DNA of 64,000 nucleotides from an uncultured virus (IMG/VR IMGVR_UViG_3300002835_000037) (IMGVR_UViG_3300002835_000037), one strand, 5' to 3'; shown: positions 42,201 through 50,928, numbered from the stretch's first letter. Program-made: numbers and translations. Notes: generated by a model from the sequence alone, not told the origin.

Positions 42201-43186
42201 TTAGGTGGTTCAAAATCTCTACCAGTCATTTTCTTGTAAGCTGCCTTACGTTTCTCAAATTCTTCTTGTGACATTTTAGTACCGCCTTTTTGAAAAGAAG
42301 GATTAGGTATATACTTAAATCTTTGTAACTCTGGATCAAATACAGGAGTACTTTCATTTGCTCTAGGACTTAAGTAATGACCTGCTATCTCCATCCATGT
42401 AGTATCCCCTTCTTTAGTATCACCTGGTTTTCCGGACTTTAAAAATACACCTGTTTCAGGATTAACACTGAAGCCATGATACATCTTATCATAAGGATCG
42501 GGTTCCCAATCAGGATTCATTTCAAGTGCTTGTTGAAAATCTTTAGGCTTACCTAATGCTTCCCACATACCATAGTGATCATAATTGTCAGGATCTCCAT
42601 AGAAATAGTTTTGGTTCGGTCTTCTGTTTTCAGGAGCTGTTCTTGAGTAATCTAAAAATGCTTGATAATCTTCCGGTTCAGTTCCTGTAATTATAGGATT
42701 TACAAAAGGTATATCCTCCATAGGAGCTTCAGCTGAAACATAAGGGTTATAGTCATAAGGAATAAAACCTCCGTCTTGAAAATACATTGCTGAAGGGTCA
42801 TATGTTTTACTCTTATAGTTTTTCTTTTTAAATAAAGGGTTCTTCTTTAATAGCTTGTTAGTAGCCGATAGACTTTTAGATTGTTTCTTACTGCCCCCTT
42901 TTTTCATGAGTGGTTCTTCCTTTATAGAGGAAGCCCCGGGAAAATGTACATTGGTTTCATCAAATGGATTCAAAAATTTCTGAATACCATTATCCGAAGT
43001 AGCCTTAATGGTATAAGGAGTTGGATTGTATAAAGTATCCGTTGGTAAAACAACTGGTTTACCAGCATAAATAGGATTTAACATTCCTTTACCTGTAGGA
43101 TCAAAAGAAATATCTTTCTTTTTAATCGGAGCCTTAGTTTTTTCAAGATTCTTAAGGGCTTCTAAAAGTATCTTCTTATTATACAT
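33272..43186 (-). CDS. Giant modular (polyvalent-type) protein, 3304 aa, with two HEXXH zincin-like domains, a peptidoglycan-binding domain and duplicated modules
   Basis: HELAH 38639-38653; HETGH 36998-37012; PG_binding_1-like QQQLINAGFNIGKADGIWGPKSEAAW at about 35822-35932; TAATG coupling to the muzzle gene. Confidence 0.8.
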   Translation of the reverse strand: MYNKKILLEALKNLEKTKAPIKKKDISFDPTGKGMLNPIYAGKPVVLPTDTLYNPTPYTIKATSDNGIQKFLNPFDETNVHFPGASSIKEEPLMKKGGSKKQSKSLSATNKLLKKNPLFKKKNYKSKTYDPSAMYFQDGGFIPYDYNPYVSAEAPMEDIPFVNPIITGTEPEDYQAFLDYSRTAPENRRPNQNYFYGDPDNYDHYGMWEALGKPKDFQQALEMNPDWEPDPYDKMYHGFSVNPETGVFLKSGKPGDTKEGDTTWMEIAGHYLSPRANESTPVFDPELQRFKYIPNPSFQKGGTKMSQEEFEKRKAAYKKMTGRDFEPPKSFKQSPQAREYYQNKYNQQPVIQSQPSETTQQSRGVNNANIQQELDNSTREEIEERNRQRIDDSRTSFEADNRSNAQRERDQFYANQLTDPDWKQQIVNAVQAPLFQAGNFWDYVSGGDDWEKAQQAYNLNQLNPYSQNKMFNFLNTGLSNTGNALMTGMEIADGYAIARALPGFGKNLKNFFPTKTPQQLPGSPNAISSVDDVKQAGFINMKGAFQKYPKGKLTKEELEAYMNSDFYKESLKRHREAKKAYGDMWDLDPLAKEYLRENFLTGNRTGINSVLYGGDNWSWPDYLMAGVIGGAMPSVAGLYGLALAPPAVRSKVMRSVGIQGVPGGLEAKDTTIDITNRNMDFARVNEIKDGTVIIGGEFIESSNNTVRKAKDWLRAEDTYSDKNYPSDKIESFYGVEDGKFKVGKAKDFKSETQLVPRRFGAKNISKAVLNGVEMRLLDNKGQPIYQNTPNTGKFILYSPSTEKAAFIYITNGKRGVEEVNKFLKENKDAQYIHLDNGRYEFYGVNEQGLTQQDFKNYYEQDINRKGNPGYNLIIKKTGGTFFQQGGQLSPEEFAKRKAAYEKLTGRKLEQPKTIKPSEKARQATLDKYNQQPVVQQQPSETIQQSTGLPIEEVTRRAQSQQIREQEEKKAKAAYLDRAAENYMKYHNDTYGSDYGFKTKEQALQEVSQSDFGGLEKYYNMYNPGPKNEELSAYEEQGMASRTWDVITNPFTAFKYSVQTGDFRNMPQYINEARMAGYDVDPDNLVGNAINTFANPFDVTDKVVRNTAAGDYKQAMLEGLRMAPIPLAKYVPTVLRGANKFLSYAPIKQLPWLTGHGALNTHFAYETFKPEGFLDKSYQGFKEEDYGKGVENALWGTLGIAPFIRPGMQTVKALRTPGSMSIIPGAGKYSFAYKSPMESGLLVGNPNLGEAAPAFEKIVNPLSRFTKEAGLGEFKILKQNQAVSNVKPNALLGDMTRAGQAVEVTTPALMENLPQQFRGSPNAISPIDDIGRGLRNEKDPFLKTSGMSDYTDDVAVFSKNDNELAANIIDDIKNRKLELWKTPEGKRRLQKMIDNTPALKGETPESLSEAMEQVTNVNRTYSDKLKALDDIDSKKRQIEIAYAEGYLSVADYKIEINELDQKERILISNLKDIEIALKQYSGAFDLNTRTFEQGVRIQPGAFPLKELPLVTSHELAHFLSSFKKVTPTYIDKQLEGLQLITDFSKQIKIPFAKTTPEKSSAYTVLKADKDDYLKEAVNYWNEGSKGTEKTSFLAEVREDMLQKGIIKSEHQPITNRMLKTHYENYKKAGDSKFPLRVYDIMQNKSENFNLLEKVINNLPVIIGGALAADSFMDENNSDLSEASVSALFAFLLKKPATSKFSKDLKSAFNLFKKGGLDALKPNHIKALKNEIKSIVDQIGRKSFTPYLDDIGSSLNPRTVANTPRQLPSSPNVISSVDDVVFVPRSQSTYKFPTSRIKTESDVIHPANLAFEPENIINKEVHTFLKKNNVDVKGLPESYLWAKNGTDYVLPEGVNHDILNEYARLHHTRDKTLEFKKVAEALEKLNPGIKISSSHDLHAVASNIPYSKWWGSKATSSADDVGRGLESGNVNLRLWNIFNKKKPEPFLPPSLNAEAELARANADALAFSQSPYNKVKLREFRPNQDFNVTNTEALFHNDPLAREKFSKLMKDAPHFLNYRNTENWQGAAEGNYGARNFGDMDDLAIVNKHKPQSKIYDAAIHETGHSRSVRLPATKEERAILDDAWQGLKDADGSSLPVLEAEAVQGELRMLLGDKLGKRVYTKADEAEIKTALEKMIADNHPYMQNINDFDISKIIKSLNKIGLASVVGIGALGAASQFQQGGSFQSGVHTRIPSDVITTKGMSTPLLGVDNFGNQQMMYPGANYTFPGADYVDEYPMMQKGGQRSTLYVDLEELEQNTYALGGVHGDPPPIYVTNPNDPRLVAYQDSLGKYNNAQHNIQIANNYPTLTRTGIKPTLQEKRDLEGNISYNNKGRVNNPVDYVVYQGKPSITTHSSGYTLTRENNFFTHPNLKNIYGNPSGISTPTLYDRDQKLFKKGDMTTHFALPVYQKPKQPVVFKPDPEIVAKQQQLINAGFNIGKADGIWGPKSEAAWVEFQKTQTTEPEATPEIVPEEISSTEESVQQPVQTNQPQVTPAPQIPSGYNVWTDNLGQPLDPQIYGYAPSNNPRQISQHADTYALKRANEAYNKLGATPWATTGNKLVTDLYKPYFSKQAATNAIEQTAQQLGVETSQLQVVKAPAGYSGYVIIQTLPQQRYGGIFQSGGATDWKSRIASTLKLQQGGTPSEIWKQHTGTSWSEAKRQGLTDGSAAQNIALANRVLAGEFGESQVSYEDYQNSRAAYDKMVVDKVMRGATLDDLVTQRVGTRSGLINRFPDLFNQQSPQQPKTLPDKPSAKKETTKRNSPVSVKETPVITPPVVKPQQQAPININELREKIKDLKRKNSMAGPTAMLRQYMKDPLKYAKELEALKNFNQVPKQSLHPSLYVDQSTFTPPGAMLPKVSAEVPSLSRRKEQQPIPGGIASKFSNTSTPGFINQDLLRFTEEKRQRDKEEAKGRIPYKEPSFVDGIFKAAGQTYTGGLDIEKGVDEMGVVMNEMGVVIDDYTRNFNSYFDRFLVKKGYKKPDSHVVQAKPTDKIKEVKPEVKNFYEQIEVTGDKHQKALPGSQLLSYRSQWDANKGFTFYNTEPKNKQRDVNKTYTDVEGVGHFILDASPLDGKTYMHPNNFAFINRAVESDNYIPMFESIPNSDGQVIMKYKKPSEMTEEELKALSIFNEYAERAAKAKNKSEKDQIAKEYAEAINYDKVKIVAPLRQYNFDDVDFNSSVKAPNFKQAKYLKTKDGKLTNLLFTDPAKNKYGRFDGVTVSFIFKDSYGNNIVRDFSGTINDIQKEGADIKTKYGLKDNELVIGYHDVGSFSAKPAAVNGKLSVNFFDGYNNDYGTGSALIIPKQK
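37418..41638. repeat. Dispersed, about 50-bp imperfect direct repeat (3 full copies, 1 partial) encoding the QLPGSPNAISSVDDV linker
   Basis: Copies at 41588-41638, 39200-39250, 37853-37903 and partial 37418-37447; core aacatcatctacagaagaaatagcattaggtga. Confidence 0.85.
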
Positions 43187-46100
43187 TATCTTGGAGAGTA
43201 TTGAGTTTTTGTATTTAATATCTTCAGAATCATATTAGTGTTTCTAGAATCCAATTTAGAAAGCTTTAAGAAATTAATATAATGTCTGAATTTTTTTCTT
43301 TGCAAATCTGGTTTTAAATAATCTAAGTTATCCAAATTTAATTCTTTTATATATCCATTAGGTTCCGTAACCCAAATATTTCTTTCTTCATAGTTTCCTA
43401 ACAAAACTGTAGAAGAAGGATCTGGAAAATATGGTCCTGGTGTAGGAGGATAAACTGAACCAATAGGAAACTCACCTCTGTCTTTCGTAATATCCCAAAA
43501 TTGGTTTACTCTATACTTATGTTCCTCTTTGCTATATAATACATCATAACTCTGTTGATTTGCTGCTAATCTAGGAAACTGCAATGATAATGGAATATCA
43601 TTCTTAGGATATAAATTCAAATTTAAATATCCAGAAGCTTGCCCCGAATTATGCACTACTAAATAATCAAAGTTATAATCTAGTACATGAAATTGATCTA
43701 CACATAAGTTTCTATCTCTTCTGTAACATTCTAAATAATATTCAATACTTTTTACTGTGTTAATTACTTGACCTGTAGGCACCGGAAGTTCTATCTCAAA
43801 TGGATATTGAGTTCCGTAAAAATTACAATAATCATTACAGAAGGGACCATGTTTCCATATTGAATCTCCTTTGGTAGTTAAGAAATTACCTTTACTTGGC
43901 ATATAGAAACTTGGATGCCAGTCATGGAAACTTACCCAGAACTGAAGTTTTGGATCATAACTTGTAGTCCAAGAAGCATCGTCAAAATATCTCAGATCTC
44001 CCAATTTAAAATTAATCAATCTTGCAGATCCTGGACTAGCCGGAATTGTAAAGTTATCTCTTTCAGAATCATATGCAACTAAACCTCGGAACTCATCTTT
44101 AAGTTTAAAGTCCCTCTTAGAAAAATAAAGAACACTGTCATCATTATTATAACTAGCAGTACAACATATTCCAGCTACCGGATTATCTGTATGAGGATAG
44201 TTAGGGAAATCTTCTAATAGTTTATAAGGCAAGAATTCATTAAACCACCATTTCATACCGTTTTGAGAAATTTCTTGAATACCCTCTCTAAAGGAAAGCA
44301 CCTTACCTTGATTTTGAGATAAATAGTAAAGGCCTGCCGGAGTAGATATTACCCCAAATCTATTTTGAGAAGAGCCGTATTCATATGCTCTTTCTGCAAC
44401 TACAACATTCTGTGGAGCTTGTGCAAATAAACCAGCATCACCAACAGTAACTTTGGTACCACTATCGTCTAATTGTAGTGTATCTACTCCTTGGTATATA
44501 AGAGGGCTATCATTTTCAAAAGTGATAAACATACCTGTTTTTGCAAAACTTTTTACAGAGCTTAATTTGCTTTTGAAATCAACTTTATTTAAAGGTAAAA
44601 ACATCAACCAAGAATCTATATCACTATCTGATTCTTGTTGCTGTAAAGAGTAGTTAATTCTGTTTGGATAACTTACATAACATAACTCAGCAACATTTGG
44701 ATTATAAGTTGTGCCTTGTAAAAACCCGGCCGTAAAGTACTGATTAAATAAAAACCTAGCAGCACTTAGACTATAATCATAAGCATAATAATTACCCTTA
44801 GCTAAAATATCAGGATTAGAATCAAAAAGAGATTCTAAATCTGTATATTTAAACTTGTTGTAAGGTGTTTGCCAAGGGAAAGTACCAACTTCTCTAAAGT
44901 CTACAAGTACCTCAGACTCTACAAAGAAGTCTCTGACTCCGTTAGCTGATGTATAGAAATAAGAATCTTTAACTCCTACAAATCCAGGATATATAAGACT
45001 TAGGTTTGTAAAAAGATTGTAATAAACATTATCTAGATCATAAAAACTGTTAGGTAATAAACCTTCTCCATAGTCAGGTGTTGATTGAAACAGACCTGCA
45101 ATATTTGCAAGACTAAACTGACTTATATCCCAAGGAACGCTGTTAACTTGAAATTTAGGTTCAGGAACCATTTGATTTAAAAAGTAGTTGTATTCTATAT
45201 TATCTGGAACATCATAAAGCCAGTTGTAAAAGAAATGCATTATGTTTTTTTCTGCAAATCTATTTACATAGGTATCCCCTCCAAAAAAAGCAGGTGTTTC
45301 TAATTTTCTTTGAGAAAAGTTTTGAATATTACAAATATTTCCAAATATAGTTTCTGAAAGTGTATTAGGTCCAATAGTACCTTCAAAATCAATCTTTTGT
45401 TCACAAGGTGTTGCAACTACTTGTTGAATTGTATCTACCTGCCCATATTGATTTTCAATTCTATATTTTAAACCAACATAGTGACTAGCTATTTTATTTA
45501 TGAAGTTTTTATTTTTACCTGAGTCTGACCAATTTACTATATTAGGTGTAAAAAGAGAAGACCCGGGAATCATACCAAAAGGTACATTAAATGTTCTAAT
45601 AGCATGACCTAAAGTCATAGAAGATTGATCTATACTTGTATTATCGGAGTTTAATAAAAAGTGTGGACCAGAAGTTGTATTATTACTCCTTTTAGTTCTT
45701 AGTACAGCTAACTTAGGTCTTTTAAGATTGTTAATTCTGTATTTTCTAACTGTTCCTCCACTATCGATATAATCTGGTAAAGCCTGAAGTTGATCAAATA
45801 TGTACTGACCTTCTTCAAGAATAAATCTACGGTCTAGTAAGTCATTTGGTGGGACAAAAGTAAAGTAATCACCATGAGCAATCATCTCAAGAGCATATTG
45901 TCTTTTTCTAATTATAGCGTAAAGTGTATCAACAGCAAGTTGCATACCTTCTAAGAAATAATAAAAAAGCTGACCACCGTTTGTTATTGCTGATAAAAAT
46001 CCACTGATTGTAGGACCAAGCAATTGATTACCAGTATATGTTTTTTCATAAACAGCTTGTTGAATTTGTCCCGTATTTTGCATTACACTATTGGATCCTA

Positions 46101-48612
46101 TAAAAATTGCATCAAGAGCAGCACCTCCTGTAAGAAAATCTAGTACTGGGGCACCGGTACTAAAATAATTATTTAAAGCTGTTGTAGTTATACCGGCTTG
46201 TATACCAGCTGTTGTAGTAGCTCCAATATCATAGTCTCCACCAGCTGCAGGTGTTACGACAGTTGGTAGTCCTGTTGGAGGTGTAGTTGAACCATTAGCT
46301 GTTAAGGGAAAAACAGGACGAGTATAATTTCCAGCTGGATAATTTATTTTTACTTCACCTAACCCTTTCAGTAAAGCATTGATAACACCTGTTGCTAGTG
46401 CAAAAGGTATCATACCATTTGATATAAGCTTAAACTTAGGGTGTTTGCTAGGTTCAATAAAAGCTTGTATAGCTTCCCCCTGAACACTTCCATATATTTT
46501 TAACTCAGTAGTGGAAAGAAATGGATTAATGAAACTAGTATCCGGTGAATGGAAAGATATAATATCCAGAGGAATATTTTGATTTTCTATATCACCATCA
46601 TTATCTGTTTTAGTGATAAAAGGATCATTATACAAGTAATTAGCTGCCGAAGGATTTGCAAGGTTGTTTTGTTGAGGAACAATAGTATTAAATGGATAAT
46701 TAGCATATAGACCAACTATATCGGAATCTGCAGCCCCACCTCTTGGATTATAATCCCGGAAGTTGTTAATCATCCCTTTAGCTAGAATACTCTTGTTACC
46801 ATGTCTAGATCCTCTAAGTATTTCATATCCGACAATTCCAGGAATATCATTACCATCATTATCTTTTGGAAAGATTATATTTTTAAACTGTACACCCATA
46901 ATTCTTATATCAAACTCACCGTCAGGTTTTTTATCAAAATGGTATGTTGATGGATGTAAAGCATTATCAGGAAATCTATGGTGTCTAATAGGTTTCCCAC
47001 AAAGATCATAATTTGGATCTGTAGTTTGAGTCCAGCATTGAGAACTTGAATTCCAAACATCGGGTTGAAAATCTGGATATATTTCTGCTGATTCCCAATA
47101 ACCCATATTACCTCGTGAAAGAATTTTACCTCCGTCAGGTAAAAGTTCATTTATGTTTATTTGTGTTATAGTAGCTGTATTTATACTTTGAAAAAACAAC
47201 TCATCTCCCGGTAAAGTAACACCTACTTGATTAATAAAAGGTGCTAATTCAAACACAGAGTTTCCGTTATAATTATAAAACCCAGCAGGTCTTCCCGGAA
47301 TATGATATGATGCAGATTTGTCACCTGTATTATAAACCCATCTAATAAAGAAAGAATATACTTCATCTCTAAGATAACCAGCATTTTTTCCACCATTAAA
47401 ATAATAAGTTTCTGGGTATTCAATTGAAACCCACTCTGCTTGAATTAAATTAGCTAAAGGCTGATAATTAAAATCGAATTTACCAGTAGGTCCTATTCTT
47501 AATAAATAATTATTTACTTCAGACATTTGATTAGACTTTTCAAAAACAGGATTCTGAAGTATTAAAGTTTCTACAGATACAGTAGCTGCAGTTTCAGGAA
47601 TCTGATCTAATACAATCTTTTTAGTTCTTGTTGAATAAAAACCAACTCTTTTAGCACTAAGATTCTGATTTATAAATCTTACAACAACAAGTTCAAATTC
47701 ATCAAAGTGTTCTGAGTCAGCATCTACCGTAATTTCAAAAGAACCTCTTTCATTAATATCACTCTTAATCGGTTGTATATAACTAGGAGAAAAATAGTTT
47801 GTAACTCTTTGTCTATTAATAACATAAGCAACAGTTACAGCATAAGAACCATTCTCAATTACACCTTGTTGTAATGATAAATTTATATCTAAACAAGGTG
47901 TCTTTACTAAGCTTGCTATTCTAAGTTTATCACAATCTAATTCATTAATATCTTTACATATTTGACATGTTAAACCAGGACCTTGGTCTTCACAATTTTG
48001 AATCCAAAAAACACCTGGCCAAAGAATATTTGTACCAGAACCATTACCATAGTAATTTACATTTGATGAATTAGGCCCAGTGCTTAACCAAACGTAATCA
48101 TCAGCTGGCCAAGTTTGAGGATCTCCTACATTTAAATATCTATCTGGATTTAATCCATCAGCCCAATATACTTGCCATGTACAATCATCTTTTAATCTTG
48201 ATGCTCCTGTAATTATATTAAGCTTACTAAAGTTAAGACACACATCTTGAACTATAGGTCTGTATATACATTGGTCTGCTTCAAATAAACCTATTTCAGA
48301 ATTAATGGGTGTAGTATTTAACTGATCATAAGCTACACTGTATACTATCCATTTATCACTATACAAATGGATTTTACCTATTATGTAAACAAAAGAAGAA
48401 CCCATTGTTGTTCCTACTTTTGCACATAAAAAATTAGACTCCTCATTAGAGATAGTGCCTAGATCCCCCTCAACTGTATTATTTACAGCATTTCGAGCAT
48501 GTGTCCACATACCTTCTTGTACAAATAGTGGATCAGCATCTTTATTTAACCCTTTGATAAAAGAATTAGTCTGTTGACTATTAGTATTTTGATTTTGATT
48601 CTTCTTGGCCAT
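43186..48612 (-). CDS. Tail muzzle / stabilization protein (P22 gp10-like, crAss Tstab), about 1808 aa
   Basis: N-terminal NSFIKGLNKD..WTHARNAV, GYLRDEVYSFFI and WVSFHDWHP motifs; follows the ring genes; likely start MAKKNQ at 48612, just after the upstream stop at 48614. Confidence 0.8.
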   Translation of the reverse strand: MAKKNQNQNTNSQQTNSFIKGLNKDADPLFVQEGMWTHARNAVNNTVEGDLGTISNEESNFLCAKVGTTMGSSFVYIIGKIHLYSDKWIVYSVAYDQLNTTPINSEIGLFEADQCIYRPIVQDVCLNFSKLNIITGASRLKDDCTWQVYWADGLNPDRYLNVGDPQTWPADDYVWLSTGPNSSNVNYYGNGSGTNILWPGVFWIQNCEDQGPGLTCQICKDINELDCDKLRIASLVKTPCLDINLSLQQGVIENGSYAVTVAYVINRQRVTNYFSPSYIQPIKSDINERGSFEITVDADSEHFDEFELVVVRFINQNLSAKRVGFYSTRTKKIVLDQIPETAATVSVETLILQNPVFEKSNQMSEVNNYLLRIGPTGKFDFNYQPLANLIQAEWVSIEYPETYYFNGGKNAGYLRDEVYSFFIRWVYNTGDKSASYHIPGRPAGFYNYNGNSVFELAPFINQVGVTLPGDELFFQSINTATITQININELLPDGGKILSRGNMGYWESAEIYPDFQPDVWNSSSQCWTQTTDPNYDLCGKPIRHHRFPDNALHPSTYHFDKKPDGEFDIRIMGVQFKNIIFPKDNDGNDIPGIVGYEILRGSRHGNKSILAKGMINNFRDYNPRGGAADSDIVGLYANYPFNTIVPQQNNLANPSAANYLYNDPFITKTDNDGDIENQNIPLDIISFHSPDTSFINPFLSTTELKIYGSVQGEAIQAFIEPSKHPKFKLISNGMIPFALATGVINALLKGLGEVKINYPAGNYTRPVFPLTANGSTTPPTGLPTVVTPAAGGDYDIGATTTAGIQAGITTTALNNYFSTGAPVLDFLTGGAALDAIFIGSNSVMQNTGQIQQAVYEKTYTGNQLLGPTISGFLSAITNGGQLFYYFLEGMQLAVDTLYAIIRKRQYALEMIAHGDYFTFVPPNDLLDRRFILEEGQYIFDQLQALPDYIDSGGTVRKYRINNLKRPKLAVLRTKRSNNTTSGPHFLLNSDNTSIDQSSMTLGHAIRTFNVPFGMIPGSSLFTPNIVNWSDSGKNKNFINKIASHYVGLKYRIENQYGQVDTIQQVVATPCEQKIDFEGTIGPNTLSETIFGNICNIQNFSQRKLETPAFFGGDTYVNRFAEKNIMHFFYNWLYDVPDNIEYNYFLNQMVPEPKFQVNSVPWDISQFSLANIAGLFQSTPDYGEGLLPNSFYDLDNVYYNLFTNLSLIYPGFVGVKDSYFYTSANGVRDFFVESEVLVDFREVGTFPWQTPYNKFKYTDLESLFDSNPDILAKGNYYAYDYSLSAARFLFNQYFTAGFLQGTTYNPNVAELCYVSYPNRINYSLQQQESDSDIDSWLMFLPLNKVDFKSKLSSVKSFAKTGMFITFENDSPLIYQGVDTLQLDDSGTKVTVGDAGLFAQAPQNVVVAERAYEYGSSQNRFGVISTPAGLYYLSQNQGKVLSFREGIQEISQNGMKWWFNEFLPYKLLEDFPNYPHTDNPVAGICCTASYNNDDSVLYFSKRDFKLKDEFRGLVAYDSERDNFTIPASPGSARLINFKLGDLRYFDDASWTTSYDPKLQFWVSFHDWHPSFYMPSKGNFLTTKGDSIWKHGPFCNDYCNFYGTQYPFEIELPVPTGQVINTVKSIEYYLECYRRDRNLCVDQFHVLDYNFDYLVVHNSGQASGYLNLNLYPKNDIPLSLQFPRLAANQQSYDVLYSKEEHKYRVNQFWDITKDRGEFPIGSVYPPTPGPYFPDPSSTVLLGNYEERNIWVTEPNGYIKELNLDNLDYLKPDLQRKKFRHYINFLKLSKLDSRNTNMILKILNTKTQYSPR

Positions 48613-48613
48613 A

Positions 48614-49609
48614 CTATAGTACTCTTGAGTTATGGTTATTTCTATACCCAATATTAGGACTATAACTTCGGAACATATCATAGAACATACCATTCATAGC
48701 TTTTCTATTTGCTTTCCAAAGTTTTTCCATTTCTTTAAAGTTTGGAGTATTTACCAAACCTAATGCTTGATTTCTAGCAGCTCTAAGTTTTGGCATTATT
48801 AGCTGTAATCTTTGAGCTACATCTTCTCCGTTCATATAAAGATTCTCTAGTATTCTTTCTTTTAATGCATACTCATAATATTCATTAAGAAGCTCATGAT
48901 CAGGAACCATTAAGTTTCCATGTTCATCTTCCATATGACCTTGATAGTTAATATACACCGTACCTTCTTGAAAAGATGTATACAAAAATCCAAACTTTAT
49001 CCAACCTTCATTATGGGTATTGTAATAAAGATTTGGACAATCACAATCAATTTCTTGACTAGACTTCATTCTTAAAGGTTGAGTGTTTCTATAAATTCTA
49101 GTAGTAGCTTCATTTACTACCTGAACTAACTCATAAGCTTCACCTTTTTTATTTACAAAAACTCTAGGTTTAATGCACGTATCTCCATATGGTTGATCAG
49201 GATTATGAGTTACACAAACCCCCTCCTTTCCGTTGAAACAACAAGGTTGTTCAACAGGAGCTTCACAACAATTCAAAATAGTTTTAGCAGGATACTCTCT
49301 ATAAGGTACTTCTTCAATATGAGTTCCACCTATTGAATAACCTGAATAATGAATGTAACTTCCGCAAACCAATGCAAAATTAAAAGCATAAAAGTCATCA
49401 GGTAATTTTACCTTTCCGTGACTTACTTCTAGTAGGGCTTCTTTTTGCTGAGTAATTCTTAAACCTAGATCATAGTTTATCTTTCTAGCAAGTTTAATCA
49501 ACTGCTGAGGTTCAATCATATTTTCTAAAGCAAAAGTATGCAAGTCAACTCTTACATCTTCTAAAAGTTGATCAAAAGTTCTATACTTGAGGGTGTAGTT
49601 AAAATCCAT
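48614..49609 (-). CDS. Tail tubular / ring protein (P22 gp4-like, ring 1 position), 331 aa
   Basis: Directly before the muzzle gene; KVKLPDDF and TVYINYQG..DEHGNLMVPDH motifs; Cys/Pro-rich insert. Confidence 0.65.
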   Translation of the reverse strand: MDFNYTLKYRTFDQLLEDVRVDLHTFALENMIEPQQLIKLARKINYDLGLRITQQKEALLEVSHGKVKLPDDFYAFNFALVCGSYIHYSGYSIGGTHIEEVPYREYPAKTILNCCEAPVEQPCCFNGKEGVCVTHNPDQPYGDTCIKPRVFVNKKGEAYELVQVVNEATTRIYRNTQPLRMKSSQEIDCDCPNLYYNTHNEGWIKFGFLYTSFQEGTVYINYQGHMEDEHGNLMVPDHELLNEYYEYALKERILENLYMNGEDVAQRLQLIMPKLRAARNQALGLVNTPNFKEMEKLWKANRKAMNGMFYDMFRSYSPNIGYRNNHNSRVL

Positions 49610-50271
49610 TATCTTAAGATATTTTGACTGTCATCTGTAGTATCTACAGGCACCTGAGCAATCATGATTAGTTCTTTTAATGCATACTGTTCAATCTCTG
49701 AATACAAGTATTCAGGAACATTTAAAGGTTGATCCTGAATTAATTGACAAGGGTCACTGTCACAATTAGGAACATCATTTTCAAAAATAGCTTCTACTCT
49801 AATAGCTTCCCAATCAACATTAGGTATATAAATGTAACCATCTAGATACCAAAAATAAGGATTTTTATTATATCTAAAAGTAGTTGACTTTGTCATTGCA
49901 ACCCATATCCCCGGCTCTGTTCTACTTAGTTCAATACTACCATCTATAGAAGATAGTGTTCTAATAAGAGGACCAAACATACCATTTAAAATTGCAGGAA
50001 TTTTTTCCTTACTTCTTTTAAAATAACAACCAGAGTACACTCCAATACAACCCGCTTCTACTTTATCTACGTCAATAAGTTCAACATAAGGAAGCGCTTT
50101 AAAAAGAGAGCTCATTCTCATAAGTCTCATTTGGTTATCTTCTCGTTTGATAAAAGTTTTGGCATATTTACTAATGACAAAATATATTTGCCTATCAGTA
50201 AAAAATGCATCTTCTTTTACTGCTTTTATTGCATTTCTAACTCTAGATATTGCTTCACCAACACTTGTCAT
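49609..50271 (-). CDS. Tail ring/adaptor protein (220 aa)
   Basis: Gene order; DAFFTDRQIY, YFWYLDGYIYI and IRVEAIFE motifs; ATGA/TAATG coupling to both neighbours. Confidence 0.6.
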   Translation of the reverse strand: MTSVGEAISRVRNAIKAVKEDAFFTDRQIYFVISKYAKTFIKREDNQMRLMRMSSLFKALPYVELIDVDKVEAGCIGVYSGCYFKRSKEKIPAILNGMFGPLIRTLSSIDGSIELSRTEPGIWVAMTKSTTFRYNKNPYFWYLDGYIYIPNVDWEAIRVEAIFENDVPNCDSDPCQLIQDQPLNVPEYLYSEIEQYALKELIMIAQVPVDTTDDSQNILR

Positions 50272-50849
50272 AATTCAAATTCATTATAGCTTTTTAAAGC
50301 TTGTTTTTCTTTATTCACAACCATACTTTTATATACAGCTTTTTCATAGGTTTTCCTTAGTTTAATGGTTGAATCTACAGCTACATACATATTCCAATTC
50401 TCAGGATAACTTTTAGAAACAGATCTTTTAAAGTCTCGACATGCTACAAAATTCCAAAATTCTCTGTTTTTCATTTTGTGCTTTGGTGCATAGTTTGTAA
50501 AAAAGATTTTTGCTAGTTTACCATCAGTATCAAAATTGCTATTTGTAACAGTTACTCCATACTTGTTAGACTTTGCATAATCTACATTTGTCTTTTTACT
50601 TTTTTGACAAGTACCAATAAAAAGCCATCCAACATTCTCTGGTAATTGAACACCATCTCTTTTTTCTATCACTGTTGTATAAACCATTTTATTGAATGCT
50701 TTTATTATCTCTCTCAACTCAGCATTTGTATAATCTTTATACTTAGCATGTTTTTTTCTAAAGTCATCAAAAAATTTTTTATCTAAAACACTGTGTGTTT
50801 CTGGTCTAAACCTAGGTGCTTTTAAATCAGGCTTTTTAAATGTCTTCAT
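50268..50849 (-). CDS. IHF/HU-like DNA-binding protein of the crAss-like tail module (193 aa)
   Basis: LREIIKAFNKMVYTTVIEKRDGVQLPENVGWLFI resembles the HU/IHF core; basic; expected position. Confidence 0.55.
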   Translation of the reverse strand: MKTFKKPDLKAPRFRPETHSVLDKKFFDDFRKKHAKYKDYTNAELREIIKAFNKMVYTTVIEKRDGVQLPENVGWLFIGTCQKSKKTNVDYAKSNKYGVTVTNSNFDTDGKLAKIFFTNYAPKHKMKNREFWNFVACRDFKRSVSKSYPENWNMYVAVDSTIKLRKTYEKAVYKSMVVNKEKQALKSYNEFEL

Positions 50850-50851
50850 AA

Positions 50852-50863
50852 TAATATACTAAA
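50852..50863 (-). promoter_or_regulatory. Candidate phage promoter motif TTTAGTATATTA
   Basis: Exact copy of 33189-33200; just downstream of a terminator. Confidence 0.45.
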
Positions 50864-50889
50864 AATTAATGATATCTGCAAATATACAT

Positions 50890-50924
50890 ATAAAACAAAG
50901 CCCTCACAAGTGCAAGGGCTTTGT
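50890..50924 (-). terminator. Intrinsic terminator after the 382-aa gene
   Basis: 10-bp perfect stem ACAAAGCCCT/AGGGCTTTGT (50895-50904 and 50915-50924) running into T residues on the minus strand. Confidence 0.75.
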
Positions 50925-50928
50925 CTGT

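Noticed and set aside
48613..48693. N-terminal extension MVCSMICSEV.. of the muzzle ORF
   Set aside because: Overlaps the upstream ring gene by 80 nt; the ATG at 48612 directly follows that gene's stop
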